This document shows, piece after piece, positions 28,363-42,348 of a DNA stretch of 64,000 nt. Below the pieces are notes generated by a model that saw nothing but the letters and a program-made list of their open reading frames with translations, was not told the origin of the DNA and did no database searches. The stretch is from Eledone cirrhosa (Eukaryota): assembly GCA_964016885.1 (NCBI GenBank), contig OZ024751.1, forward strand, positions 25,854,001-25,918,000. The letters run 5' to 3'. The position numbers and the translations under genes were made by a program. Within the stretch, counting starts at the first letter, position 1. Each line of letters opens with the position of its first letter.

Positions 28363-28920
28363 GGAAGGGGGTGAGATTGTCACCGAGGGAAGAAAGTATA
28401 TATGACATTTTTAATCAAATAATTTTCACCTTGAAGTGTTCGGTGATGTGTTTGGACCTGCATCCGAACAGACTTTCATCGTTTGATGTGGAAACAAATA
28501 AGAATTTATTAATTTACATGTGTGAAGCTATTTGCTTTGAAAAGTCCGCCATTTTGTATTTTCTTTCAGGGCAGTAAAATTCAGTCTATGACACACATCA
28601 TTTGATACAAGGCGTCTAATAAATATAATATACTATGTTCCAATCTATTAGTGTTGGCTTTGAATTTGTTTATATCTATAGGTGAAATATTTCAAGTGTA
28701 GTCAGAATTTTTCAGTGTTATTCTACAACTCATTCTGAAAGACTACTTGCAACTTTTCTACACTTTCTCTCATACCTTAATTATTAATTCACTGATTCGA
28801 TGTGGCTGTGTGGGAAATAACGGTATAAATGCTTCTTTTGGCTACAATAATCGTATATATAAATATGTATGTATGATATGTATGTATGTATGTATGTTTG
28901 TATGTATGTATGTATGGTCA

Positions 28921-29229
28921 GTCTTTTTGGTAAATATCATCTCGGTTAAGAGAGTGGGACTAGCTTTGTGCAGTGCCTTTGCTCACTATAAAAGCTTCAC
29001 GGCACAGGCATTGCTTTATATCTGGAGATCTCTCTGCACTTGTCGTCACATGGTACCATGGTACCAGCACTATGTGTCAATAATTGTCACAAGTGTAGTG
29101 TTTGTACCAGAGTTTTCAAGTCGCTGGCTGGACTAAAAAGTCACACTCGTTCAGTGCATCGGTAGGGGTTCTTCTCCTACATGGATATAAAGTAGTGGCC
29201 GTACTCGAAAACGAGTTGGCAGCCACCAT
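28921..29229 (+). mobile_element. Bipartite RTE-derived element
   Basis: 29094-29165 reads CSVCTRVFKSLAGLKSHTRSVHR*; (TATG)n tail. Confidence 0.78.
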
Positions 29230-29297
29230 GTATGTATGTATGTATGTATGTATGTATGTATGTATGTATGTATGTATGTATGTATGTATATGTATGT

Positions 29298-29392
29298 CTC
29301 TAACAGGACAAAAAAGCAACGCCCGTGATGCTCATGCTTAAGTATCAAGCGATCGCATTACTCAAAATCGAGTTGCAGCCATTAGATGTATA
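29298..29392 (+). mobile_element. RTE-derived 3' end fragment (second subfamily)
   Basis: Similar to 29745-29825; ends CGAGTTGCAGCCAT. Confidence 0.55.
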
Positions 29393-29483
29393 TATGAATG
29401 TATGGACGAATGGATGGATGGATGGATGTATGTGACCTTCTCCTGGAGAGATGTCCTAAGGACAACTAGGAGTCTCTCGAGCC

Positions 29484-29545
<62 letters not shown>

Positions 29546-29550
<5 letters not shown>

Positions 29551-29825
29551 CTGCGACTTTGCTTGCAGCCAATGATGTAGAGTAGTTCATCTTTTTGAGC
29601 AAATGCATTCGATGTTCATAGAATGGAATTGGTCTCATACAAAGCCTTTCCTCATTTAAAAAAGCTTTAAGCACAGGCATCGCTTGATATGTAACAATTT
29701 TTGGCGATGCATGTAATTGCTGGGCATAGGCAAGTCCCTAGTAGAACTAAAAAGACACGTCCGTGATGTTCATGCTGAAATAACAAGCGATAGCATTGCT
29801 CGAGTCGAATTGCAGCCATCATATA
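29546..29825 (+). mobile_element. Diverged bipartite RTE-derived element
   Basis: AACCTGCG...CCAATGATGT...GCACAGGCATCGCTT...TTGCAGCCATC. Confidence 0.6.
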
Positions 29826-29843
29826 TGTATGCATGTGTGTGTG

Positions 29844-29879
<36 letters not shown>

Positions 29880-29881
<2 letters not shown>

Positions 29882-30345
29882 TCATGGTCGGGTCGTCGGC
29901 GACTAAGCCGGCAACCCCACTAAGTTTGCTTGGTGAGGAGGGTGATATTTGGACACCCTGCGGGATGAAATACAAGACCTGACAAAGGGCAGAGTCAACG
30001 GTCAACCAAATAGTACTTTTTTTTCCACATGAGCGTGAAAGGCCCCCAGTTGTTGTCACAACAGCTTTCTAAGAGAGGGAAACTCTGAAAAAAGAACCTG
30101 CGGCTTCGAAAGCATCCGATGATGTTGACCAATTCTCCTTTTCGGGAAGTGTTTTCTATGCTCAGAGAGTGGGATTGGTCGAGTGTAAGGCCTTTCAGCA
30201 CTTAAAAAACCTTCAAAGCACAGGCATTGCTTGTTCAGGATATGTTACAGATTTGTGTGACTGGCAGTAGCCTAAAAGAACCAAACTCTATAATCTGACA
30301 AACGATTGCAGTACTCTTACTAGAGTTTGCAGCCATCATGTATGT
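29880..30345 (+). mobile_element. Longer bipartite RTE-derived element with more 5' sequence
   Basis: CTAAGAGAGGGAAACTCTG, CCGATGATGTTGAC, GCACAGGCATTGCTT, TTGCAGCCATCATGTATGTA. Confidence 0.6.
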
Positions 30346-30590
30346 ATATATAGGCATTCACCGAAACTTCGACGTCACTGCCACTTTTTTACTTCATTTC
30401 AGGAGATAAAAGTCCGCTCTCGTAACCTATTTAGAGTACTCATTCAGTTAATGTTTCAACATTTTGTGTACAAACTAGAACTTAAAACACCGACGTTAGT
30501 GTACATAAAATATGGCATTATATTTCTGTACTCTAGCACTTAAAACAGACTTTAATGTACCTACAATGTGGTATTATATTATCTGCCATA

Positions 30591-30790
30591 AGGGCAGTGA
30601 GTTGGCAGTAATTGGTAGTGCGTCGGACAACATTCTTAGCAGGATAGAGTTACGGCCCTTTACATTCTGAGTTCAAATCCCGCCGAGGTTAACTTTGCCT
30701 TTCATTCTTACGGTGTCGATAAAATAAAGCACTGGGGTCGACCTTCCCCTGCCCCAAAAAGTTGGCCTTGTGTCTAAATCAGAAACCATT
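30591..30790 (+). mobile_element. SINE family S
   Basis: A/B boxes and family body. Confidence 0.85.
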
Positions 30791-30936
30791 ATATTATCAG
30801 CCCCAGAAAGATAAACAGCAAAATCGGCCTCAATGAGATTTGAACACAGAATGTAGAGGATCGTTAATAATTACCCTCATACACTATTGTATACGACTCG
30901 GTTTCGATTCAGTCAAACCAGCACTCAATAGATATA

Positions 30937-31116
30937 ATTGTTTCTACTTTTGGCACAAGGCCAGCAATTATCCCAGTGTATTACTGGTACTTTATTTTAT
31001 CGACCCCGTAAGGATGAAAGGCAAAGTTAACCTCGGCGGGATTTGAACTCAGTCCGTAAAGGGCCGTAACTCTATGTTGCAAAGCATGGCGCCCGACCCT
31101 CTACCGATACTGCCAA
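30937..31116 (-). mobile_element. SINE family S, head interrupted by a Helitron
   Basis: Ends TGCCAA at 31116 and resumes TTCA at 32197. Confidence 0.88.
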
Positions 31117-32196
31117 TCTATATATATAAAACTGTGGTTGTCTGTCTGTCTATCGATTTTTGGCACACATCTCCTCTTAGAATCTCTCACGGAATTGCAC
31201 CGAAATTGCTATACTTGTACATTGAGCCCTAGCGAAGACATCGGAAAAAAAATATTTCAAATTGACCCACCCTATGTGACGAAATCGAATATAATGTATC
31301 GATTTTTGAGCGTAAGTTATCAGTTATTTCCCTTTGTTCTGTTTACATTGAGCGTCTTACGTAAAAAATTACGCTGGCTTTCTCAGCGTTTAAAATGACA
31401 TTAACACAATACACGAACAGTTGTCGAGCCAGCAAAATATTGACCTGCAAAATTCATCAGTTCGAACACTAAGCTTCCGTTTTGCTTCATTTCCATTTAA
31501 AAGCATTTTAAAACAATATTTTTACTTGAAAACAAGTCTATTTAAAGACTACGTAAAACAAGCTTCATTTCCATTTAAAAGCATTTTAAAACAATATTTT
31601 TACTTGAAAACAAGTCTATTTAAAGACTACGTAAAACAAGCAAATATTTCGTAAAAAAAAGCAAAAATTATATAAGTTTATTTAAAATATATGTATCTGT
31701 AAATTTCGTTAGGCGTGCAGACAGACAGTCGTGCAGACAGACAGTCGTGCAGAGAGGTGATATACGCGTGCAGACAGATAGTCGTGCAGAGAGGTGATAT
31801 AGGCGTGCAGACAGACAGTCGTGCAGAGAGGTGATATAGGCGTGCAGACAGACAGTCGTGCAGAGAGGTGATATAGGCGTGCAGACAGACATAACTGATA
31901 ATTTGGTTACGCTAAAGTTTTTCTCTGCGTTGCAGTGTTTACATTTTCGATCTTTGTTAATAAATAACCAGTGCAGTTTTTATCCCCAGCATCCTCTTTT
32001 GTTATAACATTCGGGTTATCGTTATGTTTTCTTAACTTCATAAGGCATATTGTTGGTTGTGGGAATATTAATCAAAAACACCACATGCAAGTCTGCACAG
32101 TAGACACTACAGTTTTTAAGCCAAAAAAGAAACTTAACATTGTAACTTTAACACAGCTACTGAGCGATCCCGAGCAACGCCGGGCTTTACTGCTAG
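31117..32196 (+). mobile_element. Non-autonomous Helitron
   Basis: A|TCTATATATATAAAA 5' end; 3' hairpin CCCGAGCAACGCCGGG then CTAG|T; no TSD; internal 78-bp duplication (31484/31562) and 37-bp minisatellite (31711-31890). Confidence 0.88.
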
Positions 32197-32761
32197 TTCA
32201 AGATATAATAATCTCTGATTTATAAACAAGGCTAACAATTTTGGGGAGGTAGAGACAAGTCGATTAAATCACCCCTAGTGTATTACTGATAGTGAAGGCA
32301 CTTTGCCTAGTTGTAAGGGTGTTGGACTTACGATCATAATGTCGTGGGTTCGATGCCTTGGCTGGGTTGTGAAAAATTAAGAATAATTTATTTTTATATA
32401 TAACATGACATAATATAATAATATATATATAATATACAATGCATGACATATAATATAAAATGAAAAATAGCGAAGTGACGCAAAATAATTTTTTAGACCA
32501 AACTCTGAATTTCCATATATAAAATCTGTTTAGAAAATCTGAAAAATTTTTATTATGTTCTCTTAAAGTATTTCAAATGCTGGAATATATATTTTTTGGC
32601 GCGGAATACATTTTTTAAGCCATATTTCTAAGGCTGTTCTTCATTCGCATTTTTCCCCTTCATACTCTTTTAACGTTATTAAATTTTCTTTGACAAAGGC
32701 CGTGTAATGAGTATCCTCGTGAGATTGCAGTTATATGCGGAATCTGTTTGTGGTGTGTGTG

Positions 32762-32809
<48 letters not shown>

Positions 32810-33154
32810 CATATATATATATACGTATGTGTGTGTGTGTGTTCATATATATATATATACGTATGTGTGTGTGCGCGTTTCTGTATGCATGTATAAATGT
32901 GTGTATATATATATAAATATATATATATATGTATATATTCAGCTCAATCTATCCATCTTTATATTTCTCCCATGCTTTCTGCGTATATAAGTATAATAGT
33001 TTATCTGTGTATTGATGTATTTGCTGCAGTATATATAAATATGTTCATGTATTTGTATAATTATCATTCACTTTTAAAAATCGTAATAGTGCTGCTATAT
33101 ATGACTATAAATATATACGTTACTACGCATAAATATATATATATACACACATAT

Positions 33155-33266
<112 letters not shown>

Positions 33267-33401
33267 TTTCCATAATATATATTATTTTTCATAATTGTAT
33301 ATAATTTATAAGGAGTACACAGTGTATATGTAGATTGTCGTTTTTACGTGTGTACACAATAACGCAATGAATCATTGATGAGAAAATATTCATCATATAT
33401 G

Positions 33402-33592
<191 letters not shown>

Positions 33593-33699
33593 TTATACAT
33601 ATATTTATATATATATTTATAAATGCATATATATAGATATGTTTCTTTATTAGCCACAGGGAGAAACAGAAATAGATAGATAGATAGATATAGATATAT

Positions 33700-33801
<102 letters not shown>

Positions 33802-33890
33802 GGAAACACATAAATAAAATGCAAAAATCGTTGCAACAAAATCAAGTATGAATCTATAATTTATTTCATGTCCTTTTTATACACAGATAA

Positions 33891-33931
<41 letters not shown>

Positions 33932-33959
33932 CGTAGATAAATACACAGATATATGTATT

Positions 33960-34019
<60 letters not shown>

Positions 34020-34070
34020 CACATATACATACATACATAAACACACAGATAATTGCATTTGTGTAAATAT

Positions 34071-34135
<65 letters not shown>

Positions 34136-34220
34136 TATGTATGTGTGTTTATTTATATATATTATATGGACACACACACACACATGTATATGTGTGTGTA
34201 TATATATAAACTTATATATG

Positions 34221-34251
<31 letters not shown>

Positions 34252-34649
34252 TTTCCGTGGTAATAATAGTAAAAACGGTAAATTTAGAATTGTTTAAATT
34301 CCTTGATGTATTCAATAAAGTGATTCATTGCTGAGTAAATTGTAAAGACAAGTATTTACAATTTTTCTTTAAAAAAATAACAGTAAATATATCCTTCACT
34401 CTCTTTACTCACTTCTCTTTCCTTTTCTTGTGTTTTTCTGGATGATTTTGGCTAGATTTTTCTGTTTGTTTTTTAGATGAAAATATTATCCTTGAATCAA
34501 GGGATTTCAAAGATTTTCATCGTGAAAAATTAGCCCACGTAAGTAAATTATTGTAACTTATTTACGTTTATTGGATACCGCTGTGTTTGTATTAGGATAT
34601 ATGTGTATGATGTATGTGCGAATATATGTGTATACCCAGACACATTCGC

Positions 34650-34680
<31 letters not shown>

Positions 34681-34802
34681 AACAAACACACACATACACA
34701 CACGTATTTATGTATATATATATACATATATATATTTATGTAAATATATATATATATATACATACATAAGAGTGGGAAATGAAATTTGGTTTCATTTTTT
34801 CC

Positions 34803-34894
<92 letters not shown>

Positions 34895-35209
34895 GTATAT
34901 GTATATTGTTTTTTACTTTGCCAATATATATATATATATATGTGTGTGTGTGTATATATATATGTACATAAGGAATACATATGATTTCTTCAGACGCAAA
35001 AATAACCCCTCCCCCCTACCCCTACCCTCTTGCCCCCCACTCCCCCCAAAAAATCAAATAAACAAAAAATCAAAAGATCAATTACTATGTCTGAAGGATT
35101 AGGAAATGTTCTGTAAATATTAATAAGGGATTAGAATTGATTGATATGAAATACCTAATGATTAAGTTGCCGAAGAAATATCAACGGCTTCTTCCGTTTT
35201 TCGAAATAA

Positions 35210-35314
35210 TTGTTTCTACTTTAGGCACAAGGCCAGCAATTGCTCAGTACATTACTGGTACTTTATTTTATCGACCCCCGTAAGGATGAAAGGCTAAGTT
35301 AACCTCGGCGGGAT
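35210..35314 (-). mobile_element. SINE family S, 3' part
   Basis: Reverse complement of family body and tail. Confidence 0.85.
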
Positions 35315-35449
35315 TACCGAAAGAAACATAAAATATGAAATGTGGACTCTTACAATACCTGCCACAAATCTGGCAAACACTCCTTCGACACTTTACATTG
35401 ATATTTATAACTTTGTTTCTTTATATGTGGTCTTTGTTTTTGTTGTTCT

Positions 35450-35920
35450 TTTTGCTGCTGTTGTTGTTGCTGTCGTTGTTGTTGTTGTTGTTGTTGTTTC
35501 TGTTGTTGTTGTTGCTGTCGTTGTTGTTGTTGTTGTTGTTCTTTCTGTTGTTGTTGTTGCTGTTGCTGTTGTCGTCGTTGTTGGTGTTGTTGTTGTTTCT
35601 GTTGTTGTTGTTGTCGTCGTCGTTGTTGGTGTTGTTGTTGTTTCTGTTGTTGTTGTTGTCGTCGTCGTTATTGGTGTTGTTGTTGTTTCTGTTGTTGTTG
35701 TTGCTGTCGTTGTTGTTGTTGCTGTTGCTGTCGTTGTTGTTGTTATTTATGTTGTTGTTGTTGCTGTCGTTGTTGCTGTTGTTGTCGTTGTTGTTGTTGC
35801 TGTTTATGTTGTTGTTGTTGCTGTCGTTGTTGTTGTTGTTGTTGTTTATGCTGTTGTTGTTGCTGTCGTTGTTGTTGTTGTTGTTTATGTTGTTGTTGTT
35901 GTTGTCGTTGTTGGTGTTGT
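35450..35920. repeat. (GTT)n-based array
   Basis: Direct reading. Confidence 0.95.
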
Positions 35921-36139
35921 TTTATCTCTAAATTAAATCGACCAGTTATTGCTAAGAGGGGTGTGGGGGCAGAGCCCTCAAACAACGGGTCCTGTCAGAA
36001 GCAACCATTTCCATTTAAATGAGTTGTTGAAATTACTTGGTTTTCATTAGTCTTCTAAGTAACAAGATTAACGGTGAGGTCCCGTGTTTAAGGATTATTT
36101 CTTAAGTATGTGACTTGAAGGTGTTCGTCGACATTATTT

Positions 36140-36360
36140 GATTGCTATATGGTTGCTATGATATGGTTGCTATTATATCATTGCTATGATACCATTGCTA
36201 TGATATGGTTGCCGTGATATCATTGCTATGATATCATAGCTATGATTTGACTGTTATGATATGATTGCTATGATATCATTTCTATTATATCTTTGTTATA
36301 TTTTAGCTATTATATGACTGCTAAGATATCATTGCTATGATATCATAGCTATGATATGAC
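36140..36360. repeat. 14-bp minisatellite TTGCTATGATATCA (degenerate)
   Basis: About 15 imperfect units. Confidence 0.8.
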
Positions 36361-36982
36361 TTGTACGAAAATCCAGTATTTTTTATCTTTTCCGTCTTAT
36401 TTTGTGTTTGCTTTTTCTTTTTATTTTTCCGTTTTTTTTTGGGGGGGGGGTTCAGCAGGGGAAGTTGTAGGGTAACAAAGACAAGAGATGGTATTACCAA
36501 AACTGCAGAGGAAATAATTAATAGAGACACATTAATAGGAAATGAAGAACGATAATGAAAAGGGAGATAAAAACTGGACAACTATTGAGAAGGCGTCCAT
36601 TAACAAAACTGATAACGATCCCTTTATATGCAATAAGGGAGTCGCTGGGGAAGACAATTGCAAGGGAAATTCTAGAAAATGGGTTTAGGTTTGCTTAGAA
36701 ACAAAAACAAACAACTATAACTGTCACTCACAATCGAGTATGACTTTGTAGTATGAACCATGTCAATGTTCACGTGACCATGGAGCCTCAAACATAGGCA
36801 CTGACTCGGCCCTCTTGAAAGGTGGAGGAAGAAAGAGCTGCACAAGCACGAGTATTTTCTTTAACGACTCTGAGTTGATTGAAAGACAGAGCTAACCTCG
36901 GCGAGATATAATCTCAAAACATAACTAGCTATTTCGGCGCTCTAACGATTCAGCAAATCCACTGCACCAAACATTAACATTA

Positions 36983-37170
36983 ATTGTTTCTACTTTTGGC
37001 ACAAGGCTAGCAATTACCAGTACATTACTGGTACTTTATTTTATCGACTCCGAAAGGATGCAAGGCAAAGTTGACCTCGGCGGGATTTGAACTCAGAATG
37101 GAAAGGGCCGTAACTCTATGCGTCAAAGCATGGCGTCCGACCGTCTACCGATACTACCAATCCACCACCC
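36983..37170 (-). mobile_element. SINE family S, full length
   Basis: Reverse complement match to 15193-15380. Confidence 0.88.
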
Positions 37171-37335
37171 ACAACAACATTAATATACAAATATCTGTTT
37201 GCAATATCAACATTTCGGATCTAATGTTTAAGAAACTGATAAAATGTTGTAATATATGTCATTGGAAATGGAGCAAGGTTGCTGGGAATAAACGCTGAGA
37301 GTTGTTAATCTGATAAAGTTAAATTGAAAGAAAGA

Positions 37336-37395
<60 letters not shown>

Positions 37396-38576
37396 GCTGA
37401 TGCTGATGCTGCTGTTGTTGTTGTTATTTTCCTTGCTTATTTGTTCGATTTCTTTATTTCAATTTTATTTTCTTCCGACCATAAGCAGATCAGTGAACAC
37501 ATTAATTCCAGGAGTACTATAGAAATAAACGATAAAATTAGCGACAAAAGCTATTACTAATGAAATCAATATGGTCAATACTTAAGGATAAAAGAAGCAG
37601 CACTCACAGGAATGGGATGAAGAATGTGGAGAGGACAACGAAATGAAATCCTCAGTTTCATGTGGAAATTCCATTCATGTCTTTTATATTATAATGGTCC
37701 GTTCTATTGCCACAGCTTGTGGCGAGAACAAATCTTGTTCTAAAGTCGTGAAGGTGTGTAGCTTAATGGTTAGGGATGTTCGGCTCATCTTGTTGCTAAG
37801 AGTAAGGGTAATCGACATATATAGCAGTCAAAAGAATATAGTAACGCTGCTCGGACCATGACTTGCTAACTAGTTTGTTCGCCTCATGATGGTAAGGACA
37901 TGAGTTCGATTCTTGGTAACGCATTTTATCCTTTATTATAATACATTTATTTCACGTTACTCTCCAGTGCCAGCTGAAAAGATCAGTTGTAACTGTAATT
38001 CAAAAGTGTGTCGCACTGAATCTCCCAGAGAACTGTGTGAAGGGGTCACATAACTGTGGAATGCGCAGTCACCGGAGCAACTGAAATACAACAAATGATC
38101 AGGAAATTATTCGATAGTCAGATTATAGATTTCTCACTAATTCAAATAGAGACTGAAGGAGGGTTTGTCGTGTTTTACATGGTTTAACCAAGAGAGAAAG
38201 GGCTGTGTATAGGACATTTTTAAGGACCCATCAGACATGTGAGAGAAAGAAAGAAAGTTATAAGTGCAAACTATATATTCCCTTACATAAATGTATGTAT
38301 GTCAAAAATTTGTTTTTCTGTTTCTTCTTCTCTGTACGTTCGTCTATCTTTCAATTTCTTCCTTTATAGATTTTGTTGGACCTTGATAGCCTTTGATGGC
38401 ATATGATCGGCTTTAGTGACTCTTAATAACTCTTGATGGCATTTGGTGGGCTTTAGTGTCATTTGGTAGAGTCCACTTTGTGGACAACTCGCGGACTGTG
38501 TTTCAATGTACCATCTTCTTTCCCTCCTTTAAACACTCTAAAAAGGGTGATAAACATTGTCCTTATTTCTTTAATT

Positions 38577-38762
38577 AATTGTTTCTACTTTAGGCACAAG
38601 GCCAGCAATTACCCAGTGCATTACTGGTACTTTATTTTATCGACCCCGTAAGGATGAAAGGCAAAGTCAACCTCGGCGGGATTTGAAATCAGATCGTAAA
38701 GGGACGTAACTATGCTGGAAAGCACGGCGTCCGTCCCTCTACCGATACTGCCAATCCACCCC
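38577..38762 (-). mobile_element. SINE family S, full length, with probable target-site duplication
   Basis: CCTTATTTCTTTAATTAAT occurs on both sides (38561 and 38761). Confidence 0.9.
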
Positions 38763-38789
38763 TTATTTCTTTAATTAATGACTATCAGA

Positions 38790-39187
38790 ATGTGTCTGTC
38801 TACTTGTGTGTATGTGTGTATGTGTTCTTGAGTGAATGTGTGGATGTGTGTCTGTCTACTTGTGTGTATGTGTGTATGTGTTCTTGAGTGAATGTGTGGA
38901 TGTGTGTCTGTCTACATCTGTGTAATAGTGTATGTGTTCTTGGGTGAATGTGTGGATGTGTGTCTGTCTACTTGTGTGTAATAGTGTATGTGTTCTTGGG
39001 TGAATGTGTGGATGTGTGTATGTCTACTTGTGTGTATGAGTGTATGTGTTCTTGGGTGAATGTGTGGATGTGTGTATGTCTACTTGTGTGTATGAGTGTA
39101 TGTGTTCTTGAGTGAATGTGTGGATGTGTGTCTGTCTACTTGTGTGTATGAGTGTATGTGTTCTTGAGTGAATGTGTGGATGTGTGT
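38790..39187. repeat. About 56-bp minisatellite, 7 copies
   Basis: TGTCTACTTGTGTGTATG..TGTATGTGTTCTTGAGTGAATGTGTGGATG. Confidence 0.92.
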
Positions 39188-39559
39188 TAATCTATAAACA
39201 TTACACCTGTTGTCATCTCAGGTATGTCATCTTTATATACTCTGCTACAAATAATGATTATTCTTCTGTCTTAAAACAAATCATAAATTATATTTGGGTG
39301 TTTCTCTTTCGTTTTATATCCTTACTTTGTGTTTGTGTGTGTGTGTGTGTGAAAGAGAGAGAGTGTATGTGTTAATGTGTGGCCGTGTATGCGTGGGTGT
39401 GTCGTGCAGGTGCGTGTACGAAGTTTGAGTGTAGGTGCGCACACGCGTAGGTGGAATACATCTTTTAAAGAAATGATTATTCCCAAGAGATGCAAGTAAA
39501 TAGCAACATTGCCTAACATTCGGTGATTACATTGGCAGACATGTTCACATCCCGCAGCG

Positions 39560-39705
39560 AATAAGCAGAGTCATTAAAATGTCGGATAGAATGTTTTACG
39601 GTATTTGTCCCACCTCATTGCGCACTCTGAGTTCAAATCCTGCCGTGGTCAACTTTACTTTTCATCCTTTCGAGGTTGATAAAAAATCTACCAGTCCAGT
39701 TATGG
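39560..39705 (+). mobile_element. Diverged SINE family S
   Basis: GAGTTCAAATCCTGCC...TTTCATCCTTTCGAGGTTGATAAAA. Confidence 0.7.
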
Positions 39706-39869
39706 GATCTTTATCCTTCTATCTTTATGTTTACATTATCCACCTAATGTTCACATTATCCACCTAGAATCAGTAGAGTGTCGGACAAAATATTGTATTT
39801 GTTCGAATGTCAATGGAATGAAGTATATATATAGGAAAATGTTATGCAGTTTCTATTCCGGTTCAGCAT

Positions 39870-41265
39870 TACAACGTTCTTTTCTGGCCAGACGGACTAT
39901 TGCGTCTCCCAAATTGCACTTTGGGGATGTTTTTTCTGCTTACGTGGCACCGATGCTGCACATGCTGTCCATATTGAGTTTAGGATAATCTGAAGTATAG
40001 TGTCGTAAAATTCAATCCACGGTCGTAAAATTCAATCCAGTTTGGGCGTTGTAGCTCGGTGCTGTAAGAATTCCAGTCTCCTTTATTCCAGTCGAAGCGA
40101 CCAGTTTGGAGATGGTTGTAATTTGTGTTACTGCTCATAAGATCTCAGAGTGATTTAAGTCGCCTGCAATGAAAATATAAGTGGCTGTCTTCCTGGCAGC
40201 AGCTCTGAAGATATCTCAAAGCTATGTGTCCTGATGGTAATTTTTTTTTGTGGGTGCGCTAAACAACTCCAAGTAGAATTGATGACATGGTCATATGTAT
40301 ATCGCAGAAAAATACTTATCACGTAGGCTGAAGCTTTCGTGTTGTGCTGAGTTGCAATTTAAGGAAGCTGCAGCACGTAGCTTTGGGCGTACATCAGGTG
40401 GTAGGCCAGAGCATGTTCGGAAAGTAATCCGATTTTTACGCCTAGCTTTATCAGAGGCTAAAAGATACGAACGTGCCTCAGTAGAGTTTGAAAAAGACAC
40501 CCTAAATAGTTTGGGTTTAGGGCCTGGTTGGCCAAGGCGGGGAGCACCCTTCGGGGGAGCACAACCTCGTTCTTTGGATGAGCAGGCAGCACATGTCTGA
40601 AGATCAGCTATGGAAATCACTTCGTGGGTTACAGATTCAGTGGCTTTCTCAATGCGTCTAGATTCGGAAAGAACTACGGGGAGATTTTTTAACAAGGCAC
40701 TCCGGTAAGATCCCTCATCGTGGGGTTCTACACGAACGCTTGATTTGATTCCTGCTATTTCTGGCTTAAAGCAGAAATCATTTCTCGTATTTCCGCAAAT
40801 TCTGTATTGTTGATCAATTTTTGTTGTTGTTCTTCTTCAACAGGAATGGTAGGGGAAGACACAGTCGTCGGTTGTTGTTTTTGTTGAGAAATAACGGGAG
40901 AAGAAGACATAGGTTGCTGTTGTTGATGATGTCCTTCAACAGTTTTTGCCGTTGTTCAGCAGCAATGGTAGAGGAAGACACACATGCCAGGCACTGAAAG
41001 GACCAATTTGGAAGCTGGACCATTTCTCAGAGTCCATCTCTCATAGAAATATGGTGTCTCGTTTCTGACCTGGGATCTTGCGGAAGTTTGTGGCACATTA
41101 AAGGCAAACAGAAACACGACATTTGCCACATTCACCCAATCAATTTCGGAAGGAGTTCTCTGGTTCTGCATATAGATGACAGACGTGATTTTCTGGGCAA
41201 TGTTCAATTTTGGAACATCGACCAGTTTTATTACACACTTCATCCATGGATGTCACAATAGTCAT
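39870..41265 (-). mobile_element. Decayed CR1-group LINE 5' half (PHD-like ORF1 and APE remnant)
   Basis: EIDWV..CGKC..NWSFQCLAC (PHD-like, frameshifted); PRLGQPGPKPKLFRVSF; FIAGDLNHSEI near 40150-40180. Confidence 0.6.
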
Positions 41266-41905
41266 TTTGTTCTGTCTCTCCATCCGTACAGTAGAACAAA
41301 ATGTAAACAAATACTATATATATGTGTGTGTGTGTGTGTGAGTGTGAACAGTCTATTAAGCACAATTAAATGAGTCGGAGAATGGAAATGGCCTGTATAG
41401 TGATGTTGGATGGGAATTGCTAGCCAGAAATGTACAGAAATGTCGAAACAGCAATATGCTGTGATGTTCTATCGATCTAGTGGTTGTGGTGATGGTGATG
41501 GCAATTGAATTACATAATTGATAGGGGTGGCAAGCTGAATTTTGTGTTAATATGTGTCATTAACAAGCGGAGATTTCATAAGTTGTTCCGATTATATATT
41601 AACAAGCAGGATGAGAGGAAACATGTCAAACATGGCGGCCAAAATGAGCGAAAATACTATTGTTGATTAAATGCTTCTTCATGTTCACCGGATATCATAT
41701 CGAAATATTTCACTTTCATCATCATAAAATTGCTTGTCTGAAGGTTTAATGTCGATATGTGTTAGTAGAGGGAGACAACTACATAAGCAGTTATTGTTGG
41801 GAATCATCTACTGAGACACATAGTTAGTGGTATGCATGGTTACTTAGGTTGATTGATTTATAGGTAGAGAGGGGGGGGGGGGAGAGAGAGAGAGAGGAGA
41901 GGAAG

Positions 41906-41967
<62 letters not shown>

Positions 41968-42124
41968 GGGGAGAGAGAGGGGGGGGAGGGATAGAGAGAG
42001 AGATGGATACATAGATAGATAGAGAGAGAGAGGGAAATGGATACATAGATAGATATATACAGAAAGAGAGAGAAAGAGAGATAGATTGATCATATATAGA
42101 TAGAGAGGGATAGAGAAAGAGAAA

Positions 42125-42155
<31 letters not shown>

Positions 42156-42169
42156 TGAGGGAAAGATGG

Positions 42170-42222
<53 letters not shown>

Positions 42223-42262
42223 GAAATAGAGATATGCATACATGCATGCATAAGATAGATAA

Positions 42263-42348
<86 letters not shown>

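Noticed and set aside
29094-29165. Host C2H2 zinc-finger gene exon
   Set aside because: Single finger inside a multi-copy element followed by an RTE-type 3' tail
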